Positions 34,923-46,038 are shown, counted from the first letter of the stretch. The stretch is DNA of 64,000 bases from an uncultured Acidimicrobiaceae bacterium (GCA_963823945.1 CAWGNK010000005.1:22452-86451); one strand, 5' to 3'. Numbers and translations are program-made. The notes: generated by a model not told the origin, from the letters alone.

Positions 34923-37900
34923 ATGGCCAGGTCGGGAGACCGCCAGTCCTTCGTCCACCTCCACCAGCACACCGAATACTCGATGCTCGACGGCGCGGCG
35001 CGCATCGACGACCTCGTTGACGCGGCGGTCGCCGATTCCCAGCCGGCTCTGGCGATCACCGACCACGGGAACATGTACGGGGTCATCGCCTTCTACCGGT
35101 CCTGCCTCGCACGCGGGATCACGCCGATCATCGGGCTCGAGGCGTACATGGCGCGCAACTCGCGTCTCGAGCGCCCGGTGCGCCGCGGGCGCGTCGACGA
35201 CACGGGCGGCGACGCCGAGCGCGGCGAGAAGCTCTACTACCACCTGACCGTGCTCGCCGAGACGAGCGCCGGGTACCGCAACCTGATGAAGCTCTCCTCC
35301 GACGCCTACCTCGAGGGCTACTACTACAAGCCGCGGGTCGACTGGGAGCTGCTCGAGCGGTACCACACGGGACTGATCGCGACGACCGGCTGCCTCGGGG
35401 GCGTCGTCGCGCAGGCGATCCTGGGCGGGAACACGGCCGAGGCCCGTGAGCTCGCCGGGCGCCTGCAGGAGATCTTCGGGCCCGACAACCTCTTCGTGGA
35501 GCTGCAGGACCACGGGATCGCCGACCAGCGGCGCATCAATCCGACGCTCGTCGAGATCGCGCGGGAGATCCACGCGCCGTTGCTGGCGACGAACGACGGC
35601 CACTACTGCCGGCGCGGCGACGCCGTCGCCCACGACGTGCTTTTGTGCGTGCAGACGGGGGCGACGATCGACGACCCGAAGCGGTTCAAGTTCGAGGGTG
35701 CCGAGCACTACCTGAAGAGTGCCGACGAGATGCGGTCGCTCTTCCGTGACCTGCCGGAGGCTTGCGACAACACGCTCGTCGTCGCCGAACGCGCCCGCGT
35801 CGAGATCGAGCTCGACAAGCCGACGCTGCCGGAGTTCCCGGTCCCCGCCGAGTTCGTCGCCGGCTCCTACGAGGAGTCGGCGTCCGCCTACCTCGTCGAG
35901 CTCACCCGGCGGGGCGCCGCCGAGCGCTACGGCTCGCCGATCCCGGAGGCGGTCAGCACCCGGCTCGACTACGAGCTCGGCGTGATCGGGAAGATGGGGT
36001 TCTCGGCCTACTTCCTCGTCGTGTGGGACCTCATCGCCTACGCCCGCTCGCAGAAGATCCGGGTCGGCCCGGGCCGCGGCTCGGCCGCCGGCTGCCTCGT
36101 CGCCTACTGCCTGCGGATCGTCGACATCGACCCGATCCGCTACGGGCTCGTCTTCGAACGCTTCCTCAACCCCGGCCGCAAGCAGATGCCCGACATCGAC
36201 ATGGACTTCGACGAGCGCTTCCGGTCCGAGATGATCCGTTACGCCTCGGAGCGCTACGGCTGGGACCACGTCGCCCAGATCGTGACGTTCTCGACGATCA
36301 AGGCCCGGGCGGCGGTGCGGGACGCGGCGCGCGTCCTCGGCCTGCCCTACGCCGTCGGGGACCGGGTCGCCAAGGCGATGCCACCGCTCGTCATGGGCCG
36401 TGACGCGCCGATGCGGTACTGCTTCGAGCAGGTCGAGGACCACAAGGACGCCTACGTCGCGGCGACGAGCCTGCGCGAGATGTACGAGGCGGATCCCGAT
36501 GCGAAGCGCGTGATCGACGTGGCGCGCGGCCTCGAGGGCCTGCGCCGCCAGGACGGCATCCACGCCGCGGCGGTGGTGATCTCGAAAGAGCCGCTCACCG
36601 AGTACATGCCGATCCAGCGCAAGCCGGAGCCCGGGGCCGACCCCGCCGCGGCGCCGATCGTCACCCAGTACGCGATGCACGAGGTCGAGGAGCTGGGCCT
36701 GCTGAAGATGGACTTTCTCGGCCTGAGGAACCTCTCGGTGATCGAGACCGCGCTCGACCTCATCGAGGAGGCCACGGGGACCCGTCCCGACATCGACGCC
36801 GTGGCGCTCGACGACGAGGTGACCTACGAGATGCTCCGGCGGGGCGACTCGATCGGGGTGTTCCAGCTCGAGGGCTCGGCGATGCGGACGACCCTGCGTG
36901 CCCTGGCGCCGACCTGCTTCGACGACGTGGGCGCGCTCGTCGCCCTCTACCGGCCCGGGCCGATGGCGGGGAACATGCACCACGACTACCCCGACCTGAA
37001 GAACGGCCGGAAGCCGCCCCGGTACGTCCATCCCGAGATGGCGGAGGTCCTTTCCGACACCTACGGGCTGATGCTCTACCAGGAGTCGGTGATGCGCGTC
37101 GCCGAACGCTTCGCCGGGTACTCGCTCGAGGAGGCGGACAACCTCCGCAAGGCCTGCGGCAAGAAAGACGCCCGGCTCATCGCCGCCGAGCGCGAGAAGT
37201 TCGTCGCGGGGTGCGTCACGCGCGGCTACGGCGCCGAGACCGGCACGCGCTTGTTCGACATCATCGAGCCCTTCGCCAACTACGCCTTCAACAAGTCCCA
37301 CGCCTACGGCTACGGGCTCGTCGCCTACCAGACCGCCTGGCTGAAGGCGAACCACCCCGTCGAGTACCTCGCCGCGCTGTTGTCGTCGGTGAAGGACGAC
37401 AAGGACCACACCGCGATCTACCTCGGCGAGTGCCGCAACCTCGGCATCGAGGTGCGCGTGCCCGACATCAACGAGTCGAGCTCGAATTTCACGGCGCGCC
37501 GCGCCGAAGCGGGCGGCCGGGGGCCGGGCACGATCGTCTTCGGGCTCTCCGCCGTGCGCAACGTCGGCGAGGGGGTCGTCGCGCAGATCGTCGCCGAGCG
37601 GGAGAAGAACGGCCCGTTCGTCGACTTCCACGACTTCTGCTGCCGTGTCGACCCGTTCGTCCTCAACAAGCGCTCGGTCGAATCGCTGATCAAGGCCGGC
37701 GCCTTCGACTCGCTCGGGCACCCGAGAAAGGGCCTCTGTCTCGTCTTCGAAGAGGTCATCGACGCCGTGCTCGCCCGCCGGCGCGAGGAGGAGCTCGGGA
37801 TCTCGACGCTCTTCTCGGCGCTCGCCGAGGATCGGGCCGACGAGTCCGGCGGGCTCGACGAGGCGCGCAAGCCGATCCCCGACGTCGAGTTCGACAAGAC

Positions 37901-38531
37901 GGAACGGCTCGCTTTCGAGAAAGAGATGCTCGGGCTCTACGTCTCGGACCACCCGCTCCTCGGTTTCGAGACGGCCCTGCGGTTGCGGACGGACGCGACG
38001 GTGAGGGAACTGCTCGACGAGGCGACCTCCCCGGAGGCGCTCGGCGACGTCGGCAGCTCGACCGTCGTCGTCGGAGGCGTCGTGACGGGCCTCAACCGCC
38101 GGTACACGAGACGCGGCGAGCTGATGGCAACCTTCGTCCTCGAGGACCTCGAGTCGGCGATCGAGGTGTTCGTCTTCCCCAAGACGATGGCCGAGCACGG
38201 GATGCGGCTGGAGGACGACGCGATCGTCTGCGTGCGCGGGCGGCTCGACCTGCGCGAGGACGTCCCCAAGCTCATCGCGATCGAGGTGACCCGTCCCGAG
38301 CTCACCACGGCCGACGAGGCGATCGAGCTGTGCGTGCCCGTCTCCGCGGTCACCGAGTCGATCGTCGCCCGCCTGAAAGAGCTCGTCGTCGAGCACCCCG
38401 GCCCGGTCCCGGTCCACATCCGGCTCGGCTCGAAGGTCCTGCGCCTGCCGGCGCAGTTCAACGTCGACCCGCGCGGCGGCCTCGTCGGCGCCCTGAAGGA
38501 GCTGCTCGGCGCCAACGCCGTCTCGGCGTAG
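34923..38531 (+). CDS. dnaE: DNA polymerase III alpha subunit
   Basis: PHP N-terminus FVHLHQHTEYSMLDGA, then the polymerase core and OB fold. The ATG at 34923 has GGAGG 7 nt upstream. The track ORF begins at 34890. Confidence 0.95.
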   Translation: MARSGDRQSFVHLHQHTEYSMLDGAARIDDLVDAAVADSQPALAITDHGNMYGVIAFYRSCLARGITPIIGLEAYMARNSRLERPVRRGRVDDTGGDAERGEKLYYHLTVLAETSAGYRNLMKLSSDAYLEGYYYKPRVDWELLERYHTGLIATTGCLGGVVAQAILGGNTAEARELAGRLQEIFGPDNLFVELQDHGIADQRRINPTLVEIAREIHAPLLATNDGHYCRRGDAVAHDVLLCVQTGATIDDPKRFKFEGAEHYLKSADEMRSLFRDLPEACDNTLVVAERARVEIELDKPTLPEFPVPAEFVAGSYEESASAYLVELTRRGAAERYGSPIPEAVSTRLDYELGVIGKMGFSAYFLVVWDLIAYARSQKIRVGPGRGSAAGCLVAYCLRIVDIDPIRYGLVFERFLNPGRKQMPDIDMDFDERFRSEMIRYASERYGWDHVAQIVTFSTIKARAAVRDAARVLGLPYAVGDRVAKAMPPLVMGRDAPMRYCFEQVEDHKDAYVAATSLREMYEADPDAKRVIDVARGLEGLRRQDGIHAAAVVISKEPLTEYMPIQRKPEPGADPAAAPIVTQYAMHEVEELGLLKMDFLGLRNLSVIETALDLIEEATGTRPDIDAVALDDEVTYEMLRRGDSIGVFQLEGSAMRTTLRALAPTCFDDVGALVALYRPGPMAGNMHHDYPDLKNGRKPPRYVHPEMAEVLSDTYGLMLYQESVMRVAERFAGYSLEEADNLRKACGKKDARLIAAEREKFVAGCVTRGYGAETGTRLFDIIEPFANYAFNKSHAYGYGLVAYQTAWLKANHPVEYLAALLSSVKDDKDHTAIYLGECRNLGIEVRVPDINESSSNFTARRAEAGGRGPGTIVFGLSAVRNVGEGVVAQIVAEREKNGPFVDFHDFCCRVDPFVLNKRSVESLIKAGAFDSLGHPRKGLCLVFEEVIDAVLARRREEELGISTLFSALAEDRADESGGLDEARKPIPDVEFDKTERLAFEKEMLGLYVSDHPLLGFETALRLRTDATVRELLDEATSPEALGDVGSSTVVVGGVVTGLNRRYTRRGELMATFVLEDLESAIEVFVFPKTMAEHGMRLEDDAIVCVRGRLDLREDVPKLIAIEVTRPELTTADEAIELCVPVSAVTESIVARLKELVVEHPGPVPVHIRLGSKVLRLPAQFNVDPRGGLVGALKELLGANAVSA

Positions 38532-38668
38532 GCACCGTGTGGCGCGGACCAACCGACCAGGCCCCGCCGTGGTCCTCCGGGCAGCTGTCTGGCGCGGCGA
38601 CGACGGGCCAAAGCGGCACGCCCCAGGGCGGCGGCGAGCGGGTCACGCCGCTGTCGGCTCCCGGCGGG

Positions 38669-38767
38669 CCCCTCCGTGGCGAGCCCTCCCGCCGTTCCCG
38701 TAGACTGAGATATCCACATCGTCGTGAGCAGGTCTTCCGCCTGTCTGTCGGGGAAGAGACGGAGGGG
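38669..38767 (+). ncRNA. Structured 5' leader, weakly TPP-riboswitch-like (candidate only)
   Basis: A 9-bp closing helix CCCCUCCGU (38669-77) / ACGGAGGGG (38759-67) encloses CUGAGA (38705-10), UGAGCAGG..CCUG and GGGGAAG (38750-56). P3 and several conserved positions do not fit the consensus. Confidence 0.3.
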
Positions 38768-38826
38768 AGCCCGCGTGAACCGGCTCGCGGTATGGCAGTA
38801 GAGCAGTGAGGGGTCTCAGGAGTGTG

Positions 38827-39495
38827 ATGGACGTCGCGACGAAGGACTGCACGGCGCTGAGTGACGCGGAACTCGTCGAGCTCGCCGACCTGTGTGCGGA
38901 GAACGGGAACGGCTACGAGGTCGGATTCCTCTCCAAGCAGCGCGAGGAGTGGGTGCTCGTCACGCACGCCCGCGAGCAGAACAAACTGCGCGGCTTCGCC
39001 TTCTCGACGCTCGAGCGCATCGGCGGCACGCCGAGCCTGCTCGTCGGGGTCGCCTCGTTCACCCGCACGAACGCCGCCGAGCAGGCCCTGAAGTCGATCA
39101 TGCGCGACCTGTTCCGCCGGGCCGTGCTCGCCTTCCCCGACGAGGACGTGCTCGTCGGGACGCGCATGGCGCACGCGGCGTCATTCCGCGGCTACCTCGG
39201 GCTGAACGACGTCGTGCCGCGCCCGGGACACAAGCCCTCCGGCGAGGAGCGCGCCTGGGGTCGGCGGCTCGCCAAGCGGTTCGGCGTCGACGGGCAGCTC
39301 GACGACCGCGTCTTCGTCGTGCGGGGGGACGCCAACCCCGCGGGGATGCTCGACTACTCGCCGCGTAAGACCCCCGCGCAGGCCGCCAAGCTCGCCGAGC
39401 TGTTCACGCCGCTCGACAGCTCACGCCGAGACACCCTCGTCGCTTTCGGCTGGGCGATGGCGGAGGACCTCGCCGCCGGGTCCCTCCCAAAGTAA
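38827..39495 (+). CDS. Hypothetical protein
   Basis: The ATG at 38827 is preceded by AGGAG. The track ORF starts at GTG 38806. 222 aa, no TM segment, family not recognised. Confidence 0.6.
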   Translation: MDVATKDCTALSDAELVELADLCAENGNGYEVGFLSKQREEWVLVTHAREQNKLRGFAFSTLERIGGTPSLLVGVASFTRTNAAEQALKSIMRDLFRRAVLAFPDEDVLVGTRMAHAASFRGYLGLNDVVPRPGHKPSGEERAWGRRLAKRFGVDGQLDDRVFVVRGDANPAGMLDYSPRKTPAQAAKLAELFTPLDSSRRDTLVAFGWAMAEDLAAGSLPK

Positions 39496-40266
39496 CTTCC
39501 GCAGCCGGCGCGCCCAGCGCCGCGGCACGCGGCGCGGCAGCACGGCGAGGACCACCTTCGAGGCGTGGCCCTGTCGCACCGCCGCCAGCCCGCAGATGAG
39601 GTAGCTCGGGCGGAAGCCGAGCGTCTCGACGAGTTCACCGCGTCGCAGCGGGTGCTCGGCCGCGAAGGCCGCGCGCCGGGCGACCGGGTCGGTGACGAGC
39701 ACCGTGCGGGTGATGCCGGACCACGAGATCGTGGCGATGACCTCGCCGTCGGCCCGCACGCTGAGCTCGAGCGACCGCGGCGACGTCTCGATGACGACGA
39801 CCGACTGCGCCGTGCCGTCAAGGTCGATGTACGCGATCGACGGGCCCCAGGTCGACAGCAGCGACGCACCCGTGCGTTCCGGCGAGGCGAGCTGTTCGAG
39901 CAGACGCCGGGCGGGGTGCCGCCGGGCACGGCCGAGCAGCGTCGGCGGGCCGAGGGCGACGATCGCCTCGGGACGGGCGGGATCCGGCGGCTCCTCGTCC
40001 TCGGCCAGCGTCAACGCGACGATGTCGAACCGCCCGACGAGGCGCGGCGCGCCGTCGGCGGTGCGGACCTGCTGGAGGGCGCGGCCTCCGGCGGGACGCG
40101 ACCGCAACAGCGCGCCCGAGCCGAGGTCGACGCCGACCCACTCCTCGGGGCCCGGCGAGAGCACGAGGCAGGTGAGCTCCGTGCCCGGTGCCGTGAGCGG
40201 CGGTGTGCCGACGCGCAGGTGGCGGGGGAAGCGGATGTGCCGGTGGGCCGGGGGCGTCGTCGTCAC
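39421..40266 (-). CDS. Hypothetical protein, translationally coupled to the upstream DUF255 gene
   Basis: The GTG at 40266 overlaps the upstream TGA (GTGA). 281 aa. The 3' 75 nt overlap the convergent gene, so the true C-terminus is uncertain. The rest of track ORF 39421..42120 is an out-of-frame shadow. Confidence 0.55.
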   Translation of the reverse strand: MTTTPPAHRHIRFPRHLRVGTPPLTAPGTELTCLVLSPGPEEWVGVDLGSGALLRSRPAGGRALQQVRTADGAPRLVGRFDIVALTLAEDEEPPDPARPEAIVALGPPTLLGRARRHPARRLLEQLASPERTGASLLSTWGPSIAYIDLDGTAQSVVVIETSPRSLELSVRADGEVIATISWSGITRTVLVTDPVARRAAFAAEHPLRRGELVETLGFRPSYLICGLAAVRQGHASKVVLAVLPRRVPRRWARRLRKLLWEGPGGEVLRHRPAESDEGVSA

Positions 40267-42272
40267 GTCGAGATCATGGTCCTTGCGTCGGTCGCCGCGC
40301 GGTCGATGGCGGCGGAAACCGCCGCGGGATCGGTGACCGGCACGAGACACACCCCGCGCCGGCAAACATAGGCGCCCGCGGCCTCGCGCCCCGCGACGAG
40401 CGGGCTCGGCGGCGATTCGCCCCAGACCAGCACCCGTGCGGGCACGTAGCCCGCCGATGCCGCGGCGACGAGGTCGGCGCGGTCGCCGACGACGACGACC
40501 TCGACCGCGCCGGTCTCGAGGAAGACCGCCGCCTCGACGAGGTGCGCGAACGACAGCGGCGATCGGGCGAGCACCGTGCCGGCCGCCGCGACGCTCTGGC
40601 TGGCCCGGGTCTGGCAGCGCTCGTCGCCGCTGATCGCGGCGAGCCGGGCGAGCGCCAGCGCGGCGACCGAGCCCGCCGCCGGTGTGACGCCGTCGTGGTC
40701 CTGACGGGGGCGCACGACGAGCGCCTCGGCGTCGGCACCCGTCGTGTACCAGCCGCCGTCCTCGGCAGAGAAGAGCCGGATGAGCTCGTGCGCCGCGGTG
40801 AGCGCCTCCTCGGTGTAGCGGCGAAGGCCGGTGAGCTCCCCGAGTCGCGTCAGGCAGTCGACGAGCCAGGCGTAGTCGGCGGCGAGGGCGAGGTGGGCGG
40901 CGCGTCCGGACTGCCAGGCCCGCAGCCACCTCCCGTCGGGGCGTCGCAGTGAGCCCATTAGGAACTCGCCGACCTCGACCGCCGCCCGCCGCCAGGTCGC
41001 GTTCCCCGTCGCCGCCGCGGCCTCGGCGAGCACCGAGCAGGTCATCGCGTTCCACTCGGTCAGCACCTTGTCGTCCATCGCCGGGCGGACCCGCGCCGAG
41101 CGCGCGCGCTCGAGGGCGGCGCGCCACTCCTCGCCCTCGGCCGACCGCACGAGGTCGCCGCGCACCGGGCGGTGCAGCACGCTGCGGCCGGCGCCGAAGT
41201 TGCCCTCGGCGGTGACGCCGTACCACTCGGCGGCGGCGGCCGCGTGCTCGGGCCCGAGGACCGCGGAGAGCTGTCCGGGCGTCCAGAGGTAGAAGCGGCC
41301 CTCCTCGCCCTCGGAATCGGCGTCCTCGGACGACCGGATGCCACCGGACGCGTCTCGCAGGACCCCCAGCACGTAGCCGAGGGTCTCCTCGAGCACCTGT
41401 CGCCAGCGCACGTCGCCGGTCACCTGCCAGGCGTGCAGGTAGCAGCGGCTGAGCATCGCCTGGTCGTAAGCCATCTTCTCGAAGTGCGGCACCAGCCACT
41501 TGCGGTCGACGGAGTAGCGGGCGAAGCCCCCTCCCAGGTGGTCGTAGATGCCGCCCGACGCCATCGCCTCGAGGGTCGTCGCCGCCATGCGGGCCGTGTT
41601 CGGGTACCCGAGATCGTGGGCGCGCCACAGCAGCTCGAGCATCGGCGGCTGCGGGAACTTCGGCGCCCGTCCGACGCCGCCCCACTCCTCGTCGAAGCTC
41701 GCCGCGAACATCTCGACCGCCTCCTCGACGAGCGCCGCGGCCCGGGGGAGGTTCCCCGCCGGCGGCGCGGATCCGAGCCGGGTCGCCACGGCCGCGGTGA
41801 GCTCGTCGGCCTGGCGGACGAGCTCGTCGCGCCCCTCCGCCCAGGCGGCGGCGACCGCGCCGAGCAGGTCGCGGAAAGCCGGCAGGCCGTGCTGGGCGTG
41901 GGCGGGGAAGTACGTGCCGCCGAAGAACGGGCGGCCGTCGGGGGTGGCGAAGACCGTGAGCGGCCACCCCGCCTGCCCGTTCAGGTCGATGACGGCCTCG
42001 AGGTAGACGGCGTCGACGTCGGGCCGCTCCTCCCGGTCGACCTTGACGGCGACGAATTCGTCGTTCAGCACCCGGGCGGTCGCCTCGTCCTCGAACGACT
42101 CGTGCGCCATGACGTGGCACCAGTGGCAGGCCGAGTAGCCGATCGAGATGAGAAGCGGCCGGTCGAGCCGCCGGGCGGCGGCGAACGCCTCCTCACCCCA
42201 GGGGTACCAGTCGACGGGGTTGTCCCGGTGCTGTCGAAGGTACGGGCTCAGTTCCCCGGCGAGGTGGTTCAT
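40263..42272 (-). CDS. Thioredoxin-domain protein, DUF255/YyaL family
   Basis: N-terminus [23 protein letters not shown]....[23 protein letters not shown], followed by a large alpha/alpha-toroid-like region. The ATG at 42272 overlaps the menE stop (ATGA). Confidence 0.85.
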   Translation of the reverse strand: MNHLAGELSPYLRQHRDNPVDWYPWGEEAFAAARRLDRPLLISIGYSACHWCHVMAHESFEDEATARVLNDEFVAVKVDREERPDVDAVYLEAVIDLNGQAGWPLTVFATPDGRPFFGGTYFPAHAQHGLPAFRDLLGAVAAAWAEGRDELVRQADELTAAVATRLGSAPPAGNLPRAAALVEEAVEMFAASFDEEWGGVGRAPKFPQPPMLELLWRAHDLGYPNTARMAATTLEAMASGGIYDHLGGGFARYSVDRKWLVPHFEKMAYDQAMLSRCYLHAWQVTGDVRWRQVLEETLGYVLGVLRDASGGIRSSEDADSEGEEGRFYLWTPGQLSAVLGPEHAAAAAEWYGVTAEGNFGAGRSVLHRPVRGDLVRSAEGEEWRAALERARSARVRPAMDDKVLTEWNAMTCSVLAEAAAATGNATWRRAAVEVGEFLMGSLRRPDGRWLRAWQSGRAAHLALAADYAWLVDCLTRLGELTGLRRYTEEALTAAHELIRLFSAEDGGWYTTGADAEALVVRPRQDHDGVTPAAGSVAALALARLAAISGDERCQTRASQSVAAAGTVLARSPLSFAHLVEAAVFLETGAVEVVVVGDRADLVAAASAGYVPARVLVWGESPPSPLVAGREAAGAYVCRRGVCLVPVTDPAAVSAAIDRAATDARTMIST

Positions 42273-43414
42273 CGCGCCCGGCCGCCCGCCGGCGAGGTGC
42301 CGCGCACCGCGTCGCGGCGGACCTTGCCGATCGCCGTGCGCGGCAGTGCGGCCACGAGGCGGAGCTGCTTGGGGGCGGCGACCGGGCCGAGCACGCCGCG
42401 CACGAGCTCCCGCAGCTCGTCGAGCGTCGGAGGCGTGGCGTCGTTCGTCTCGACGACGGCGACGACGCGCTCGCCCCATTCGGGGTCCGGCTCGCCCAGG
42501 ACGACGGCCTCGGCGACGCCCGGGTGGGTGCGCAGGACGGCCTCGACGGCGACGGGCCAGACCGACTCGCCCCCGGTGCGGATGCGGTCGTCTCGCCGCC
42601 CGAAGATCTCGAGCTCGCCCTCTGGCGAGAGCTGCCCGGCGTCGCCGGTCCGGAACCAACCGGCGGCGTCCTTCGGGTCCTCCTCGAACCGGTAGGTGCG
42701 GAACAGCATCGGGCCCCGCAGCTCGATCTCGCAGTCGGCGCCGATCCGGATGCCGACGCCCTCGAGCGGCCAGCCGTCGTAGACGACGCCGCTTCCCGTC
42801 TCGGTCATCCCGTAGGTCGCGACGGTGTTGGGCGGGCGCGCCGGGGGCATCGGGCCGCCGCCGAGGACGATCGTGCGGAACAGCGCCGCCGCCTCGCCGA
42901 GCCGGGCGAGCGCGGTGGGCACGAGCGAGACGAGGGTCGCGCCACGCTTCGCGGCGGCCTCGACGCCGGCCGGGTCGAAGCGGGGCAGCAGCTCGAGCGG
43001 GGTGCCGGTCGCGAGCGCCCGCGTGACGACGGCGAGCCCCCCGACGTGGGCGAGAGGCAGGCAGCCGAGCCATCTGTCGCTGGCGGGGTCGACGGCGAGG
43101 CGCCTGTTCACCGCCCGGGCCGAGGCCGCCACCGCCTCGTGGGTGAGGACGACGCCACGGGGCTCGCCCGTCGTGCCGGAGGTCGCGACGACGTAGGCGT
43201 CACCCTCCTCGACGGGACGGCTGCCCCGCAGGGCGGTTTCGCCGCCCGTCGTCACGACGGCGGCGGGGCGCAGCGCGGCCAGGAGGCGCGCCTTGGTCGG
43301 AGCGGGGAGGCGCTGGTCAACCGGGAGGACGGCGTCACCGTCGTCGAGGGTGCGGCGGAGCTGGGTCACGAATCCCTCGTCGCCCGGCAAGTCCAGGGCG
43401 ACGAGCCGACGCAC
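42269..43414 (-). CDS. menE: o-Succinylbenzoate-CoA ligase
   Basis: Short AMP-binding enzyme ([26 protein letters not shown]). It lies divergent from menB within the men cluster. Confidence 0.8.
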   Translation of the reverse strand: MRRLVALDLPGDEGFVTQLRRTLDDGDAVLPVDQRLPAPTKARLLAALRPAAVVTTGGETALRGSRPVEEGDAYVVATSGTTGEPRGVVLTHEAVAASARAVNRRLAVDPASDRWLGCLPLAHVGGLAVVTRALATGTPLELLPRFDPAGVEAAAKRGATLVSLVPTALARLGEAAALFRTIVLGGGPMPPARPPNTVATYGMTETGSGVVYDGWPLEGVGIRIGADCEIELRGPMLFRTYRFEEDPKDAAGWFRTGDAGQLSPEGELEIFGRRDDRIRTGGESVWPVAVEAVLRTHPGVAEAVVLGEPDPEWGERVVAVVETNDATPPTLDELRELVRGVLGPVAAPKQLRLVAALPRTAIGKVRRDAVRGTSPAGGRAR

Positions 43415-43435
43415 TCCCGGTAGCCTAACGGCCTC

Positions 43436-44287
43436 ATGACGACTGCTGAGCTGGGCCTGCCCGCCTGGGAGGCGGCTGGAGAGTACGAGGACGTCACCTA
43501 CGAGACGGCCGAGGGGATCGCCAAGCTGACGATCTGCCGGCCCGAGGTGCGCAACGCCTTCCGGCCCCAGACGATCGCCGAGCTGTCACGGGCCTTCGAG
43601 GCAGCGCGGGACGATCCCGACGTCGGTGTCGTGATCCTGACGGGGCAGGGCACGGAGGCGTTCTCGGCCGGCGGGGACCAGAAGATCCGCGGCGACGACG
43701 GCTACCTCGGCGACGACGCCGTGGCGGCCCGCGGCGTCGGCCGGCTGAACGTGCTCGACCTGCAGGTCCAGATCCGGCGGTTGCCCAAGCCCGTCGTGGC
43801 GATGGTCGCCGGTTACGCCATCGGCGGCGGCCACGTCCTCCATCTCGTCTGCGACCTGACGATCGCGGCGGACAACGCGCGCTTCGGCCAGAGCGGGCCG
43901 CGGGTCGGCAGCTTCGACGCCGGCTACGGCGCCGGCCTGTTGGCGAGGACGATCGGCACGAAGCGGGCCAAGGAGATCTGGTTCCTGTGCCGCCAGTACG
44001 ACGCGGCACGCGCCCTCGAGATGGGACTCGTCAACGCCGTCGTGCCGCTCGACCGGCTCGAAGCCGAGACCGTCGCCTGGTGCCGGGAGATGCTCCAGTT
44101 CTCGCCGCTCGCGCTGCGCATGCTGAAGGCCGGTTTCAACGCCGCCGAGGACGGTCTCGCGGGCATCCAGCAACTCGCCGGGGACGCGACGATGCTCTTC
44201 TACATGACCGAGGAGGCCCAGGAGGGCCGGGACGCCTTCGTCGAGCACCGGCCGCCCGACTTCGGCCGCTTCCCGCGCCGGCCGTGA
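43436..44287 (+). CDS. menB: 1,4-dihydroxy-2-naphthoyl-CoA synthase
   Basis: Crotonase fold with MenB-type sequence ([20 protein letters not shown]...VILTG.G..AF.AGGDQK...GY). Confidence 0.92.
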   Translation: MTTAELGLPAWEAAGEYEDVTYETAEGIAKLTICRPEVRNAFRPQTIAELSRAFEAARDDPDVGVVILTGQGTEAFSAGGDQKIRGDDGYLGDDAVAARGVGRLNVLDLQVQIRRLPKPVVAMVAGYAIGGGHVLHLVCDLTIAADNARFGQSGPRVGSFDAGYGAGLLARTIGTKRAKEIWFLCRQYDAARALEMGLVNAVVPLDRLEAETVAWCREMLQFSPLALRMLKAGFNAAEDGLAGIQQLAGDATMLFYMTEEAQEGRDAFVEHRPPDFGRFPRRP

Positions 44288-44309
44288 GGGTCCGGGAGCC
44301 CCCGGGCCC

Positions 44310-45185
44310 ATGACGCCGGGCGTGCGGGCGGCCCAATGGTTCGCGGCGGCGCGGCCGCGCACGCTTCCCGCCGCGATCATCCCCGTCGCGGTCGGCATCG
44401 CCGTCGCCCGCTCGACCGGCCACGTCGTCGCCTGGCACGGGGCGCTGGCGCTCGTCGTCTCGCTGGCGATGCAGATCGGCGCCAACTTCGCCAACGACTA
44501 CTCCGACGGCGTGCGCGGCACGGACGCCGAGCGGGTCGGGCCGATCCGCCTCGTCGCCACAGGGCTCGCCAGCCCGGGGGCGGTGCGTTCCGCCGCCATC
44601 GCCTCTTTCGGCGTGGGGGCGGCCGCCGGACTCGTGCTCGCCGTCGTCGTGTCGCCGTGGCTGATCGCCGTCGGGGCGGCGTGCATCGCGGCGGCCTGGC
44701 TCTACACGGGCGGCCCCCGTCCCTACGGCTACGCCGGTTACGGCGAGCTGTTCGTCTTCGTCTTTTTCGGCCTCGTCGCCGTCGTCGGGACGACGTACGT
44801 CACCTCGGGCGAGCTGCCGGCGACCGGCTGGCTCGCCGCCATCCCGGTCGGGCTGCTGGCGGTCGCGCTGCTCGTCGCCAACAACCTCCGCGACATCGCC
44901 ACCGACGCGGCGTGCGGCAAGCGCACGCTCGCCGTGCGCCTCGGCGACCGAGCGACGCGGCTGTGCTACACGGCTCTCGTCGTCGTGGCGCTGGCGGCCT
45001 CGGCCGGTGTCGCCCCGTGGAGGCACTTCTCGCCGTTGGGGCTCCTCGCCGCGCCGGTGGCGGTGGTGCCGCTCCGCCGGGTCTGGTCCCGCGCCGAAGG
45101 CGGCGCCCTCGCCCCGGTGCTGGCGCTCACCGGCGCCGTGCAGATCGCCTTCGGCCTCGCCTTCGCGGTCGGGGTCGCGCTGTGA
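44310..45185 (+). CDS. menA: 1,4-dihydroxy-2-naphthoate polyprenyltransferase
   Basis: UbiA-family membrane protein (NFANDYSDGVRGTD motif, ~8 TM helices) in the men cluster. Confidence 0.88.
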   Translation: MTPGVRAAQWFAAARPRTLPAAIIPVAVGIAVARSTGHVVAWHGALALVVSLAMQIGANFANDYSDGVRGTDAERVGPIRLVATGLASPGAVRSAAIASFGVGAAAGLVLAVVVSPWLIAVGAACIAAAWLYTGGPRPYGYAGYGELFVFVFFGLVAVVGTTYVTSGELPATGWLAAIPVGLLAVALLVANNLRDIATDAACGKRTLAVRLGDRATRLCYTALVVVALAASAGVAPWRHFSPLGLLAAPVAVVPLRRVWSRAEGGALAPVLALTGAVQIAFGLAFAVGVAL

Positions 45186-45217
45186 GCGCGGTGGCGCGGT
45201 GCGCTGACGGGACCCCG

Positions 45218-46033
45218 CTAGGGCGTGGGGTGGGACGCCAGCCAGGCCTCGACGAGCGCGGCGAAACGGTCGGGCGCCTCGAAGGGCGCCGCGTGCCCGA
45301 CGCCGGGAAGCGAGGCGAAGGTCGCGTTGGCGCCGATCTGCGCCGCCAGGCGGCGCCCGAGGGCGTCGTAGGTCGTGTCGAGTTCCCCCGCGAGGACGAG
45401 GACGGGCATCCGCAGCGCCCGCAGGCGCGATCCATCGCAGCGTTGCGTCCCGACACCGAGCGTGCGCAGCGCGCCGGCGAGGCCGGCGGTCGTGTTCTCG
45501 CGGCGGGCGGCGAGCCCCGCCGTCGTCTCGTCGAGATGGGCAAAGAGCGGCGCCGCCAGCCACTCGGCGAGGAACTCGTCGAGTGCGAGCCGGTCCCCGG
45601 TGAGACCCGTGAGGCGTGCCGCGAGCGCCTCGTCGGCCAGCCGGCGCCGCTCCCGCTCCCGGGTGTCCTCGATCCCCGGGTTCGCCCCGACGAGGACGAG
45701 CCGCTGCACGAGCTCCGGAGCCGCGAAGGCCGCGTGCAGAACGACGCGGCCCCCCATCGAGTACCCGAGATACGTCGCCCCGCCTCCCGCCTCGACAACG
45801 CGGCGCCCGGCTTCGTCGAGATCCCGGGCGCTGGTCGCGGCCGAACGCCCGTGGCCGGGCAGGTCGACCGTCACGACCTCGTGATGGCCGGCGAACCTGC
45901 GCGCGACTGGTTGCCAGGAGCGCCCGGTTTGGGTGAAGCCGTGGACGAGGACGAGCCGTTCGCCTGCGCCGGTGCGCGTCGTGGCGAGGGGGGGCGTGCC
46001 CCCAGGTGGCGCGTCGCGGGAGACCGGGGGCAT
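45218..46033 (-). CDS. menH: Alpha/beta hydrolase, probable SHCHC synthase
   Basis: LVLVHGF..TGRSW, GYSMGG nucleophile elbow. Divergently adjacent to menD. The MenH assignment rests on context. Confidence 0.65.
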   Translation of the reverse strand: MPPVSRDAPPGGTPPLATTRTGAGERLVLVHGFTQTGRSWQPVARRFAGHHEVVTVDLPGHGRSAATSARDLDEAGRRVVEAGGGATYLGYSMGGRVVLHAAFAAPELVQRLVLVGANPGIEDTRERERRRLADEALAARLTGLTGDRLALDEFLAEWLAAPLFAHLDETTAGLAARRENTTAGLAGALRTLGVGTQRCDGSRLRALRMPVLVLAGELDTTYDALGRRLAAQIGANATFASLPGVGHAAPFEAPDRFAALVEAWLASHPTP

Positions 46034-46038
46034 CGGCC

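Noticed and set aside
34836-38552. 1238-aa ORF antisense to dnaE. Similar very long ORFs include 20881..23043, 32034..33857, 44136..46340, 46045..48006, 46611..48653, 54410..56896, 59748..61832 and 40263..43073 upstream of 42272.
   Set aside because: Their translations are Arg/Pro/Gly/Asp-rich low-complexity sequence with no motifs. Each lies opposite or out of frame to a gene with clear family signatures. Such shadow ORFs are expected in high-GC DNA, where stop codons are rare.
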